Assembly (NCBI GenBank): GCA_963715865.1
Contig: OY970280.1
Location: 2,208,001-2,272,000, forward strand
Source of the DNA: Candidatus Bathyarchaeota archaeon
GTDB taxonomy: Archaea; Thermoproteota; Bathyarchaeia; Bathyarchaeales; Bathycorpusculaceae
DNA length: 64,000 bases
Direction of reading: 5' to 3'
The stretch's first letter is position 1. The number at the start of each line of letters is the position of its first letter. Under the pieces are notes generated by a model. That model searched no databases. It had not been told where the DNA came from and saw only the letters and a list, made by a program, of their open reading frames with translations. A program made the position numbers and the translations under genes. This document shows, piece after piece, positions 40,812-50,951 of this stretch.

Positions 40812-41672
40812 TTATGGGTTTTCTTCATAACCCCTCAATAAATTGTCAATATCCAAACCAACCTGTTCACCCACATAACCACCTTCCAAAACAAAAAACA
40901 CAGACTTTTTCAATAAAGCAACTCTTTTGCCAATCTCCCAATAATCCTTTTCAATCAAGTCTAAAGACACTAAATCACCAAGATGAGTATCAAAACCACA
41001 AGAAACAGCAACCGCCTCAACCCAGCCTAAATCAACCATGCGTAACGCTTTATCAAGCGTCTCCAAATACCGTTGTCCACCGCAATCCGCTGGCAAAGCA
41101 AAATTAATACAGTTCCCTTCGGTGAAATCACCGGTTCCCGGATAATTTGGCGATTGATGTAGCGAAACATAAATCACCTTATCATCGCCTTGAAAAATCT
41201 CCTGAGTACCATTCCCATGGTGCCCATCAATATCCAAAATCAACGTTCTTTTACCTAACTCCTTAACAGCTATCGCAATGTTGTTGAGGTAGCAAAATCC
41301 ACGCGTAGAAACGCCTAAAGCAGCGCCGTTTCTGCCAACATGGTGTCCTGGTGGACGCATAAGCGAAAACCCTTTAATTTTACTAGCTAAAAGTGCACCA
41401 CCAACTGAAAGCCTTGCGTACTCGTAGATGTTATCGTATGCAGGCGTATCCGGATCTTCAACCAAACCTTTCTTGAGTTTCCAAATGTAATCGGCATCAT
41501 GAACAGTTAACAGTTCCTCTTCACTTGCAGGTGTGGGCTCCAAAAACTCGTAACCTTTCGCTCTCAAAATTTCAGATGCAATTTTTACTCGTTGTGGCCC
41601 CTCAATGTGCCAAGCGCCATAGCCTAAACATTTTTCTGAATAAACTACCTTTGTTTTCATCGTTATCTGCAT
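40812..41672 (-). CDS. Histone deacetylase family (acetylpolyamine amidohydrolase-like) protein
   Basis: RPPGHH, GFCYLNN, DIDGHHGNGTQ, GFD.H, EGGY. Confidence 0.92.
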   Translation of the reverse strand: MQITMKTKVVYSEKCLGYGAWHIEGPQRVKIASEILRAKGYEFLEPTPASEEELLTVHDADYIWKLKKGLVEDPDTPAYDNIYEYARLSVGGALLASKIKGFSLMRPPGHHVGRNGAALGVSTRGFCYLNNIAIAVKELGKRTLILDIDGHHGNGTQEIFQGDDKVIYVSLHQSPNYPGTGDFTEGNCINFALPADCGGQRYLETLDKALRMVDLGWVEAVAVSCGFDTHLGDLVSLDLIEKDYWEIGKRVALLKKSVFFVLEGGYVGEQVGLDIDNLLRGYEENP

Positions 41673-41759
41673 CCATTAGACAGATAAGAGACGCTTTCAC
41701 TTTAAAATATAACTTAACCTAAATTTAGCGTCCCAAAGCAATCGGGGAAAAAGCATAAA

Positions 41760-43709
41760 ATGATTTCAGAAAATCCATTCGATCAATTCCGCCAAGAGTG
41801 CCAAACCGCACTGGCAAACGCTTTGAAGAAGGCTTTGCCAGAAATAAAAACACCAATCATAACGCTAAGTAAAACACCAAACATTGAGTTAGGGCAATTA
41901 GCTTCATCACTATGTTTTGAATTGGCAAAGAAACTAAACCAGAAACCACTAAGCCTTGCAGAGCACCTTGTTGGCGCAATCGACAAATCCAGCTTTAAAC
42001 TGATTGAGAAGGTTTCATGCGCAGGTGCAGGATACATAAACTTCCACGTAAACTTCGCCAAGTTTTCAGCCTTAACCCTCGAGTCGGTTAAGCAGTTAAA
42101 GTTTGATTATGGCTTCGTCAAAACTGCTAAGCCAAACAAAATTATCGTTGAGCACACAAGCGTTAATCCGCTTCATCCAATCCACATTGGACAAGCCAGA
42201 AATCCCCTGCTGGGTGATGCTTTAGCACGGATTCTAGAATGCAGGGGATATAAGGTTTCACGCCATTACTACATTGATGATGTTGGTAGACAATCATCCG
42301 TTGTCGCTTACGGGTACGATAAGCTTGGCAGACCTAAACCCACTGAAAAAGCCGACCACTTCGTTGGTAAAATTTACACTGTTACCAGCTGCCTTGTAGA
42401 AATTAATCGTCTAAAGAAAGCGCGCGAACTCGCTATTGCTGTCAATTCAGCTGACGATTTGGTTAAGGTGAATAAGGAAATTGATGAGTGGATGTCAATT
42501 GCTGCTGAACTCAAAGAAAAATACCCAGTGCTTTTTGAATCGTTGATGGCTAAAATCGGTGAAGACGAAAATCCAGAGGAAGAAATAAACCGACTGAACC
42601 GTGCTTACGAGGATGGAGAACCTAAGGCTAAACAGCTTATTCGTGAAGTCAGCGACTTATGCCTTGAAGGTTTCAGAGAAACCATGAAGCGCGTTGAAGT
42701 CACTTATGACTCGTGGGATTGGGAAAGCGATTTCGTGTGGAGCATCCAAGTTAGTGAGGTTTTGCAGAAGCTGAAGACTTCACCGTTTGTTTACAGTGAA
42801 AAAGGGGTTTTGGAGTTTGATGCTGAAAAAGTTGTCCAAGTCCTGAACTTGAAGGGCACGTTGGGTTTGGGTGAGAATTATGAGGTTTCACCGTTGACGC
42901 TTGTGCGTGCTGACGGCACCACATTGTACACTACTCGTGACATAGCTTATACACTGTGGAAGTTCAAGCATGCACAAAAAGTCATCAACGTTATTGGTAT
43001 GGAGCAGTCGCTGGCTCAGTTGCAGTTGAAACTTGCACTTTACGCACTGGGTTACGGCGAATACGCGGAGAATTTTGTGCATTTCGCTTACAATCTGGTA
43101 ACTTTGCCAGGTTACAAGATGAGCAGTCGCAGGGGGCACTACATCACTTTTGACGAAGTACTCGGCGAAGCGGTTGAACGAGCATACGAAGAAGTTTCGA
43201 AGCGTTCACCACAACTTTCCGAGGAAGAAAAACGCAAAATCGCCAACTTTGTCGGTTTAGGTGCAGTGCGCTACGCTCTTGTCGATGTTGATTCGTCAAA
43301 GCCAGTCATCTTCACTTGGGAGCGCGTGCTGAACTTCGAAACCAACAGTGCACCATACGTGCAGTACACTCATGCAAGAGCATGCAGTATCTTGCGCAAG
43401 GCTGCAAGAGAACCAGAAAAACCGGCATTTGAGCTCCTATCCGAAAAACTTGAGCGCGAGCTTATCTTAAACCTTGCAAGTTTCCCTGACACCTTCATTG
43501 AAGCCACAGAATACCTAAAACCCAACCTAATCGCTGATTACGCAAACGCGTTAGCAGACAAATTCAACACCTTCTACAATGCACTACCAGTCATAAAAGC
43601 AGAATCACAGGCACTCAGCGATGCACGCATAACCCTGACGCAAGCCATACAAATCGTAATGCATAACGCTTTAACTCTAATTGGTGTTGTGGCACCAGAA
43701 AAAATGTAA
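41760..43709 (+). CDS. argS: Arginine--tRNA ligase
   Basis: VEHTSVNPLHPIHIGQARN (HIGH), Y..RDIAY, KMSSRRG, APYVQYTHAR, DALR domain. Confidence 0.96.
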   Translation: MISENPFDQFRQECQTALANALKKALPEIKTPIITLSKTPNIELGQLASSLCFELAKKLNQKPLSLAEHLVGAIDKSSFKLIEKVSCAGAGYINFHVNFAKFSALTLESVKQLKFDYGFVKTAKPNKIIVEHTSVNPLHPIHIGQARNPLLGDALARILECRGYKVSRHYYIDDVGRQSSVVAYGYDKLGRPKPTEKADHFVGKIYTVTSCLVEINRLKKARELAIAVNSADDLVKVNKEIDEWMSIAAELKEKYPVLFESLMAKIGEDENPEEEINRLNRAYEDGEPKAKQLIREVSDLCLEGFRETMKRVEVTYDSWDWESDFVWSIQVSEVLQKLKTSPFVYSEKGVLEFDAEKVVQVLNLKGTLGLGENYEVSPLTLVRADGTTLYTTRDIAYTLWKFKHAQKVINVIGMEQSLAQLQLKLALYALGYGEYAENFVHFAYNLVTLPGYKMSSRRGHYITFDEVLGEAVERAYEEVSKRSPQLSEEEKRKIANFVGLGAVRYALVDVDSSKPVIFTWERVLNFETNSAPYVQYTHARACSILRKAAREPEKPAFELLSEKLERELILNLASFPDTFIEATEYLKPNLIADYANALADKFNTFYNALPVIKAESQALSDARITLTQAIQIVMHNALTLIGVVAPEKM

Positions 43710-43953
43710 TTACGCAAATGGGGATGCGTTAGAACTCAAGTGCTCGGAAAATTTTATAGCCTCCTGATATAAATCCGTACATGCTGCTGCTCTCTTTGAC
43801 CTATCCCTCCCTTTTACACAGCTTATTTCTCGTGAAATTTTTAGTTAAATTGATTGTGTATTTTATTTAGGGTTGTCCTTTATGTGGTAGGTTTGTTTTG
43901 TTATGACAAATTTCATATACAAGCCTATTAATTTTACAACGAGGTGCACACTA

Positions 43954-45018
43954 ATGAGCGATTCATACTTCAAAAAGAAACTTGAACCAATCAAAGTTAA
44001 ACGAAAGAGCATTTCGCAACTTTTAGCTGAAATGAGCAGAACCGCTTATCAGGGAAGAAAGCTTGGTGAAGCCGTTGATGTTTGGGAAAACATGCTCAAA
44101 GAAAAAGACCTCACTATTGCTATGGGCTTTGCAGGTTCCATGAGCACAGCTGGGCAATGGACTATTATTAATTGGCTTATAGAAAACCGCTTCATCGATG
44201 TACTGGTCTCCACTGGCGCTAACGTTTCAGAGGACATAGTGGATGCTATGGGCTTGGGCTACTGGCAAGGAAGCCACATGGTTGATGACGAAGCACTCTT
44301 GAAAGCGGACGTTAACAGGTACTATGATGTGTTCGGTAAAGAGACTGATTACCGCAAAATGGAAGAAGTAGTAACAGACTTTGTCATGACTCTAAAAACC
44401 GATTACAATTACACATCCGCAGAATTCCTCTACTTACTCGGCAAGTACCTAGGCAAGAAAAAGATTCCCGCAATATCTGCAGTTGCGGCGGCGAATGGTG
44501 TTCCAATCTTTAGCCCAGCCATGGTTGACAGTGCTTATGGCGAAACTTTCCTTATGGCTAAAAACCAAGGCCACAACGTCACCATCGATTCTGTTAAGGA
44601 ATTTGACCAGTTCGTGAGCATAGGTACAAAAACCAAGGATGTCGGCGTAGTCTACATCGGCGGCGGAGTCCCCAAAGACCTAACACAACTCATCGCCATA
44701 TCCGTCTCACCACTAACCTGCGACCAAGGCGTAAAAGGAAGAAAAGGCGGCTTACGCAAAAGCTTACAAGAATACTATTACCCCCACAAATACGCCATAC
44801 AAATAACCACAGACTCACCCCAATGGGGCGGCTTATCTGGCTGCACACTGGAAGAGGCAATAAGCTGGGGCAAAATCAACAGCCAAGCAGGAACACGAGC
44901 AGTATGCTACTGCGACGCCACAATCGCACTGCCACTAATAGCCCACGCATTATGCGAGCGCATGCCAGAAAAACGCAAAGGGCCAGACATGAGCTGGCTA
45001 TTCAAAGGCGTCCAATAA
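43954..45018 (+). CDS. Deoxyhypusine synthase-like protein, paralogue 1 (ORF opens at 43903)
   Basis: VSTGAN, GGGVPKD, TDSPQWGGLSG, EAISWGK catalytic Lys. Confidence 0.88.
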   Translation: MSDSYFKKKLEPIKVKRKSISQLLAEMSRTAYQGRKLGEAVDVWENMLKEKDLTIAMGFAGSMSTAGQWTIINWLIENRFIDVLVSTGANVSEDIVDAMGLGYWQGSHMVDDEALLKADVNRYYDVFGKETDYRKMEEVVTDFVMTLKTDYNYTSAEFLYLLGKYLGKKKIPAISAVAAANGVPIFSPAMVDSAYGETFLMAKNQGHNVTIDSVKEFDQFVSIGTKTKDVGVVYIGGGVPKDLTQLIAISVSPLTCDQGVKGRKGGLRKSLQEYYYPHKYAIQITTDSPQWGGLSGCTLEEAISWGKINSQAGTRAVCYCDATIALPLIAHALCERMPEKRKGPDMSWLFKGVQ

Positions 45019-45118
45019 ACGCCATTTTACTTTTACTTTTTTGTTTTGGCTGATTTTTTTAGTAAATTAAAACGGCAATTAAAGAAGAGTTTAATGTACC
45101 CTGAATCGTAGAAAACAA

Positions 45119-45163
45119 AGCTCAAGCTTTGGAACATTCTGTTCCATGAGTAGAACTAAAAGT
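45119..45163. promoter_or_regulatory. Tandem dyad operator, copy 1
   Basis: AGCTCAA-gctt-TGGAACA followed 21 bp later by TGTTCCA-tgag-TAGAACT. Confidence 0.65.
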
Positions 45164-45201
45164 GAGTTATTATACATATTAGCCTATGATGGGGGCAGGG
45201 A

Positions 45202-46083
45202 ATGGTAAGCTGTGGTAAAACTCTTATTCTAATGCTTGTTGCCCTCTTCTTAACATTGGCACTCTTAGTCCCGTCAATGACTAACGGACAAATTACAAGC
45301 TCCTATAGTAACAACACCTACATCAACACTACCGCCTTTACTCTAACAATCTACAGCCCAGACAACCAAACATACAAGAGCACAATGCCTCTTAACTTCA
45401 CCATAGAATGGACGGAATATCCCGACTTTGCCCCGCTTCCCTCACCTCCAGCACCAATAATGAACGGAGTCTACTCTTACACTATAGACAACAACCCAGC
45501 CGTGACTGTTACTTCAAATCAATCCTCAAGTGACGTCCTTGACCCCAGGGGTTTTAAAGTTAACCCAACATTCTCATACTTAGTGAACGTTTCCAACTTA
45601 GCAAACGGTTACCATAAAATTGTGATAACAGCGAGTCTGTCCGGTCTGTCAGGTGGGAGCTTTTCTTTCACTGCGTCCTCTTCTCCTGTTCTATTCTTAG
45701 TTCAGCACCCGCCAAACATTACCATCTTCTCGCCTCAAAACAAAAGCTACGCGGTAGCTAACGTATCTTCAAGTTCTATACCTTTAAACTTCACCGTTGA
45801 TAAGCCAACCTCATGGATAGGCTACAGCTTAGACAACCAAAATAATATGACAGTAGCTGGAAACTCTACATTAACAGGATTAACATATGGTTTGCACACT
45901 TTAGCTATCTACGCTAATGATACATACGGTAATACAGGCAGTCAAACAATCAATTTCACCGTTGAAAAGCCACAAATTGAAATCTTTGGAAGCACAATGA
46001 CGGTTGCAATTATAGTTATTCCAATAGCTATAGTTTGCATAGCTGTAGGTCTACTGGTATATCGCAAAAAGCATAAGCACTAG
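45202..46083 (+). CDS. Secreted Ig-like surface protein with C-terminal membrane anchor
   Basis: Signal peptide, two Ig-like repeats (YSLDNQ..G.HTL.IYAND..GN), TM plus RKKHKH tail. Confidence 0.8.
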   Translation: MVSCGKTLILMLVALFLTLALLVPSMTNGQITSSYSNNTYINTTAFTLTIYSPDNQTYKSTMPLNFTIEWTEYPDFAPLPSPPAPIMNGVYSYTIDNNPAVTVTSNQSSSDVLDPRGFKVNPTFSYLVNVSNLANGYHKIVITASLSGLSGGSFSFTASSSPVLFLVQHPPNITIFSPQNKSYAVANVSSSSIPLNFTVDKPTSWIGYSLDNQNNMTVAGNSTLTGLTYGLHTLAIYANDTYGNTGSQTINFTVEKPQIEIFGSTMTVAIIVIPIAIVCIAVGLLVYRKKHKH

Positions 46084-46138
46084 ATTGAAACCTTTCCCCA
46101 AGAAAATGTGTTTTTGCCATTAGCTAAGTCAAGAAATA

Positions 46139-46669
46139 TTGAATAACCTCAAACTTAAAAAAGAGTTTTTTGAAGTGTTTATGACTTGCCTTTTTAAGGC
46201 AGACCACGCTAGATGGTTCAAGGGTGTTGCTAGCTTGGAGCCAAGCGAAGAACTTAACGCATCAACTTTCCAAACTTATATGTATCTTGTTAAGGTTGGA
46301 AAGCCTGTTGGCCCCAGAGACGTTATGCGTGGAGCCAACCTGAGCAGCCCAAGCGTCGCGTACAGGAACCTTCAGAAACTTATGGATTTAGGCTTGGTTG
46401 TTAAAGATGAGTATAACAATTACGTGGTCAAGGAAAAAGTGAGCAAGAGGGGTTACGTTTGGGTTGGAAAGACGCTAATGCCCAGCTTTATCCTTGTCGG
46501 CTTTATTTTCGTAGGCATGTTAATCGCTGAAATTGGTTTCCTGATTCCTCATTTGATTGTAGGAGCTCCGATTGAGGAGGCGTTTTGGTTCTGGATCGTT
46601 ACCACTATTGTTGCTGCCTCGCTTTTCCTAGTTGAAGCAATTCGGTTCAGGATGAAACCTAAGGATTAG
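46139..46669 (+). CDS. Winged-HTH regulator with two C-terminal TM helices
   Basis: YMYLVKVGKPVGPRDVMRGANLSSPSVAYRNLQKL..GLV.KD HTH followed by two hydrophobic helices. Confidence 0.8.
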   Translation: MNNLKLKKEFFEVFMTCLFKADHARWFKGVASLEPSEELNASTFQTYMYLVKVGKPVGPRDVMRGANLSSPSVAYRNLQKLMDLGLVVKDEYNNYVVKEKVSKRGYVWVGKTLMPSFILVGFIFVGMLIAEIGFLIPHLIVGAPIEEAFWFWIVTTIVAASLFLVEAIRFRMKPKD

Positions 46670-46802
46670 CTATAGATGGAAGTTTTCCGGCCTCTGCAAA
46701 CATTCTGTTGGTTAGTAGAGACTATAGCTGCAAAACGCAAAGTGTTAAAAATGAAATTTCAATATAGTTGGTGAATGTTTACTTTGTAAAGGGAAAGAAA
46801 CC

Positions 46803-48032
46803 TTGAAGGGCTCATTAGCGATTATGTTTATTGCCATCTTGTTCTTATCCATTTTTTCAGCAGTCCCTTCCATGTCGACAACTCAACAAGCTTCTGCAGA
46901 TTGGCCAATGTTCCGCACTGACCCATCTCACAGCGGCGTAGGCACAGGAAGTCCCGTGTTAACTGCCAAGCTGCTCTGGAACCATACTATCGGCGGCCAA
47001 ATTTACTCGTCTCCGGCTGTGGTGAACGATGTGGTTTACATAGGCTCCTTAAACGGCAACATTTATGCGTTGAAGGCTAATAGTGGAGAAGAGCTGTGGA
47101 ATTACGCTACCAGCGGTCAGGTTTATTCGTGTCCTGCTGTTGCTAGCGGGGTCGTTTATGTGGGCTCAGCTGACGGCAAAGTGTACGCTTTAAACGCTAC
47201 CAGCGGTAGCAAGCTGTGGAGTTTCACCACTGGCGACCAGGTTGATTGTTCTCCAGCCGTTGTAAACGGCGTTGTCTACGTAGGATCATACGACAACAAC
47301 GTTTATGCCTTAAATGCCACTGACGGCGCAAGGCTATGGACTTACGGCACCTCTGCCCCGATTTGGTCCTCTCCCGCTGTCGTTGCAGGTGTTGTCTACA
47401 TAGGCTCTACTGACGGCAATACTTATGCGTTGAATGCATCTAGCGGCACCAAACTCTGGAATTACACTAACGGCTACCCAACCGAGTCGTCGCCTACAAT
47501 CATAGGCGGATTCGTTTACACCGGCTACGATAACGGTAGCGTTTATGCTTTAGATGCAACTAACGGCTCACAAGTCTGGGGCTTCGCCACTCGTAACATT
47601 ATTAAATCCTCTCCCGCCGTTGCGGGTGGCGTTGTCTACATAGGCTCCTTGGACCGCAACATTTACGCGTTGAACGCTACTAGTGGGGCGAAACTTTGGA
47701 ATTATACCACTGGCGGTACAGTTTATTCGTCTGCTGCAGTCGTCGATGGCGCAGTTTATGTGGGTTCTGAGGATGGAAACATTTACGCGTTAAACGCCAC
47801 TAGTGGCGCTAAACTTTGGAGCTACGGCACTAACGGCTTTGTTGAGTCGTCTCCTGCAGTTGTCGGCGGCGTAGTCTACCTGGGCTCCCTAGACGGCAAC
47901 ATTTACGCGTTGACTAACCCAGTCAAGTCGTCTAATTCATCATTCGTTATTATTTTAATAGTGGGCATTATCGTTATTGTCGCCTCGGTAGCAACAGTTG
48001 TGATTCTCAAAACAAGGCAGAGAACCAACTGA
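46803..48032 (+). CDS. PQQ-like (BamB-type) 8-bladed beta-propeller, signal peptide and C-terminal anchor
   Basis: Eight SSPAV..GVVY.GS.DG..YAL.A..G..LW repeats. Confidence 0.9.
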   Translation: MKGSLAIMFIAILFLSIFSAVPSMSTTQQASADWPMFRTDPSHSGVGTGSPVLTAKLLWNHTIGGQIYSSPAVVNDVVYIGSLNGNIYALKANSGEELWNYATSGQVYSCPAVASGVVYVGSADGKVYALNATSGSKLWSFTTGDQVDCSPAVVNGVVYVGSYDNNVYALNATDGARLWTYGTSAPIWSSPAVVAGVVYIGSTDGNTYALNASSGTKLWNYTNGYPTESSPTIIGGFVYTGYDNGSVYALDATNGSQVWGFATRNIIKSSPAVAGGVVYIGSLDRNIYALNATSGAKLWNYTTGGTVYSSAAVVDGAVYVGSEDGNIYALNATSGAKLWSYGTNGFVESSPAVVGGVVYLGSLDGNIYALTNPVKSSNSSFVIILIVGIIVIVASVATVVILKTRQRTN

Positions 48033-48061
48033 AAAATTCCAGCTTCTATTTCGCAATCAAG

Positions 48062-48106
48062 TGTTCCAGCTATGGAACATAGTGTTCCATGTGTAGAACT
48101 AAAAGT
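48062..48106. promoter_or_regulatory. Tandem dyad operator, copy 2
   Basis: Perfect TGTTCCA-gcta-TGGAACA followed 21 bp later by TGTTCCA-tgtg-TAGAACT. Confidence 0.7.
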
Positions 48107-48142
48107 TGCCTGTTGACATTTATTATTGGTAAGGTGTCATGG

Positions 48143-48877
48143 GTGCAAAAGGGACAATTATCCGAGCAAACAAAGGGCAAAATTAAGGTTGCTTTGCTAG
48201 TTGCCGTAGTTACCGTGGTTATCGGGTTTTTCATGTACTACTTCACTTTTACCTCGGTTGGCTATAACAATTGGCAATTCGTTATCATGAATATTGTGCT
48301 CTTCAGCGTTTTCTTTTTGCTCTCGTCCTTCCGAAAGAAACTCAACCGCCTGCCCAATAGTGTCTACGTAGCTTTCATCGTTGCCCTTTTCGCAGAAATG
48401 TATGGCATACCGTTGACAATGTACTTTTTCATGGGCTTCTTCGGCTACAATAAAATCTTCAGCATTGAATTCCTTCTCACCCAGGTGACGGGGCAACAGC
48501 CGTTCTACATCGTATACCACTATTGGGTCTTTCCCGCCTCAAAAGTAATAATCGGCGCAGGCATGCTCTTGGTTATCTTCGGCTGGTACCAAATCTTCCA
48601 AGCCAAAGGCAAACTGGTGACCACAGGACTCTACAAGTACACTCGCAACCCGCAATACCTCGGATTTCTAATGATAACCGGCGGCTTAAACGTCCAATGG
48701 TTGACAATTATTACAACGGCGATTTGGCCCGTTCTAGCCATCTTGTATTATCGGCTGTCAAAGATTGAGGAAAAAGAAGCCGAGGCAAAATACGGCGCAG
48801 AATTCAGCCAATACAAGCGCACGACACCCAGGTTTATTCCTCGTCTAAGAAGGAAGCAGCAAAAGAAAGAGGGGTAA
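48143..48877 (+). CDS. ICMT/PEMT family membrane methyltransferase (ORF opens at 48089; GTG 48143 is the likelier start)
   Basis: ALFAEMYG.P, LVTTGLYKYTRNPQYLG, EEKE..YG.EF..YK..TPRF. Confidence 0.85.
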   Translation: MQKGQLSEQTKGKIKVALLVAVVTVVIGFFMYYFTFTSVGYNNWQFVIMNIVLFSVFFLLSSFRKKLNRLPNSVYVAFIVALFAEMYGIPLTMYFFMGFFGYNKIFSIEFLLTQVTGQQPFYIVYHYWVFPASKVIIGAGMLLVIFGWYQIFQAKGKLVTTGLYKYTRNPQYLGFLMITGGLNVQWLTIITTAIWPVLAILYYRLSKIEEKEAEAKYGAEFSQYKRTTPRFIPRLRRKQQKKEG

Positions 48878-48928
48878 ATTCTGACTCAATCTTCAAAAAA
48901 ACAAAGGGATATCATAATTGCCTACATA

Positions 48929-50188
48929 GTGATATCAGTGCTTTTGGCTTCTTCAATTGTCGCATTAGCTATCTCTTACCAAGCACCAGCAGCCAAGCCG
49001 ACGCCTACACAACTTACCAATGCGGTCCATGCCCTAGGAGTAATTGACAGAATAACTTTGGAAACTCCGGGAGGCTATTATGGCGCTGCTTATGATTCGG
49101 ATAAAGGAGAGATATTTGTAACTAATGCGGATTACGGTTCGGTTTCCGTGATATCGGATAGTAATAACACTGTGGTTGCAAACATACCCGTAGGAAGCCT
49201 ACCCCTTGGTGTAGTTTATGATTCTTGTAAAGGAGAGGTATTCGTGGCCAACTATGCTTCCGATTCGGTCTCGGTGATACCGGATAGAACTAATGCTGTA
49301 GTTGCAAACATAACCGTAGGAGGCCAACCCTCTGGCTTGGCTTATGATTCTGGAAAAGGGGAAATTTTTGTAGCCAATATACTTGACAATACGGTTTCGG
49401 TGATATCTGACAGTACTGACAGTGTCATTGCAACTGTAAGTGTGGGAAATAGTCCCTATAATCTAGTGTATGATTTTGCTAAGAGCGAGATCTTTGTTAT
49501 TAATTATGGCGATAATACGGTTTCAATTATTTCGGATAGCACAAACAGCGTCGTTGCAACCGTGACTGTGGGAAATAACCCATATTGTGCAGCTTATGAT
49601 TCGGGCATGGGTGAAATTTTCGTAACTAATTATAATTCCAGTTCAGTCTCCGTGATATCGGATGGCAACAACACTGTAGTTGCTAACATAACTTCATTAG
49701 ACCAACCCTTTGGCTGTGTATATGATTCTGGTAAGGGAGAGATATTCGTAGTCAACTATGATTCGGTCTCAGTGATATCGGATAGCACCAACACTATAGT
49801 TGCAAACATACCCTCAAAAATCCAATCCCAAAGCATAGCTTATGATTATGGCAAAGGAGAGATATTCGTACCCAATTCTGAACACGGCATTGTATCGGTG
49901 ATTTCAGATACGGACATGGCATCAACGTCTTTGACGCCGAGTGCCTTGCAAACCCCTGCCCTTACTGTTACGCCCTTGCAATCTCCGCAATCAATGCCTT
50001 CGCCGACTTCAACGTCCGCCTTATCCGTTCAACCCAAAAACGGCAAAACAGGCAGTCTTACAACCGATTACTTGATTTTGGTTGTTGCCATAGCTGTTCT
50101 TGTACTAGTTGTGGCTGTCATAATCACGACGCTTAGACGCCCCAATGTTTGGGGCTCCACCGCTTTAATGAGGAAAGGCGGACGATGA
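48929..50188 (+). CDS. YncE/YVTN-type 7-bladed beta-propeller surface protein with membrane anchor
   Basis: Seven YDS.KGEIFV.N..VSVISD repeats, S/T/P linker, C-terminal TM. Confidence 0.88.
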   Translation: MISVLLASSIVALAISYQAPAAKPTPTQLTNAVHALGVIDRITLETPGGYYGAAYDSDKGEIFVTNADYGSVSVISDSNNTVVANIPVGSLPLGVVYDSCKGEVFVANYASDSVSVIPDRTNAVVANITVGGQPSGLAYDSGKGEIFVANILDNTVSVISDSTDSVIATVSVGNSPYNLVYDFAKSEIFVINYGDNTVSIISDSTNSVVATVTVGNNPYCAAYDSGMGEIFVTNYNSSSVSVISDGNNTVVANITSLDQPFGCVYDSGKGEIFVVNYDSVSVISDSTNTIVANIPSKIQSQSIAYDYGKGEIFVPNSEHGIVSVISDTDMASTSLTPSALQTPALTVTPLQSPQSMPSPTSTSALSVQPKNGKTGSLTTDYLILVVAIAVLVLVVAVIITTLRRPNVWGSTALMRKGGR

Positions 50189-50796
50189 GAAGTGTGATTA
50201 AATTCTTAACGGTGCTGGGTGTGCTGGCTGTACTTTTCGCAAGCGTAATTGCGGGAACGATAGTGTACTATAACGGTGTAGTGAAGGACAGAGACGCCAA
50301 AATAAGTTCGTTGAATTCCCAAATAGTCGATCTAAACAATGAATTAACGAATTTAAGTGGCAAAATAGGGGTCTTTGGTCAAGCAAATCTGACTTCCCCA
50401 AATCTTGTGACTGCATTAGGGGTAACTGAAATAGCAAGTAGTTCTTCAGCTACCATGCAAGGTACTATTGAGTATAATCGCCTTTGGATTTCTGGATCAG
50501 TAAACAACACAGGAGAAGGCACAGCGTTTAACGCAGGGTTGCATGTTGTTGCTTACGCTGCGAATGGCACAGCAGAAGTAGACTTGACTGTTCCTTTGAA
50601 CAATAATGACGTCGTAACTTACGCAACTGATGCTGCAACGGCTGCTTGGGCTTATGGTGCCAACGGTGATAATAATCCGTCTTATTTCCTTCCATCTTTA
50701 GGCGGCGGTGGGACTGCGATAGTTGGCATAAATATCTTTCATGAAGGCACTGTTATCAATTGGACTGTAACTCCAGTGTGGACAAATACCCCATAG
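50185..50796 (+). CDS. N-terminally anchored exported protein with coiled coil and beta-sandwich domain
   Basis: TM helix, heptad segment (KDRDAKISSLNSQIVDLNNEL), then beta-rich domain; ATG 50185 overlaps the upstream stop. Confidence 0.7.
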   Translation: MRSVIKFLTVLGVLAVLFASVIAGTIVYYNGVVKDRDAKISSLNSQIVDLNNELTNLSGKIGVFGQANLTSPNLVTALGVTEIASSSSATMQGTIEYNRLWISGSVNNTGEGTAFNAGLHVVAYAANGTAEVDLTVPLNNNDVVTYATDAATAAWAYGANGDNNPSYFLPSLGGGGTAIVGINIFHEGTVINWTVTPVWTNTP

Positions 50797-50874
50797 TCAG
50801 TAGTCCAAACAATCACTGGATTGCTTCTATGTACCTCTTGATTAACACTAGGGTAAAAATACTCCGATTATTAG

Positions 50875-50919
50875 TGTTCCAAGATAGGAACGCTTTGTTC
50901 CATGAATAGAACTAAATGT
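50875..50919. promoter_or_regulatory. Tandem dyad operator, copy 3
   Basis: TGTTCCA-agat-AGGAACG followed 21 bp later by TGTTCCA-tgaa-TAGAACT. Confidence 0.7.
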
Positions 50920-50951
50920 ACTTATTGTCTAGGTATTTAGGGGCAATTGGA

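Noticed and set aside
48062-48106. Origin recognition boxes (the GTTCCA..TGGAA motif resembles ORB GTTCCAGTGGAAAC)
   Set aside because: The spacer is 4 nt rather than 1, there is no G-string or cdc6/orc1 nearby, and copies sit at fixed distance upstream of genes like operators
45119-50919. CRISPR array from the recurring 45-bp motif or the YncE/PQQ repeats
   Set aside because: Copies are kilobases apart or are coding repeats; no regular repeat-spacer structure and no cas genes
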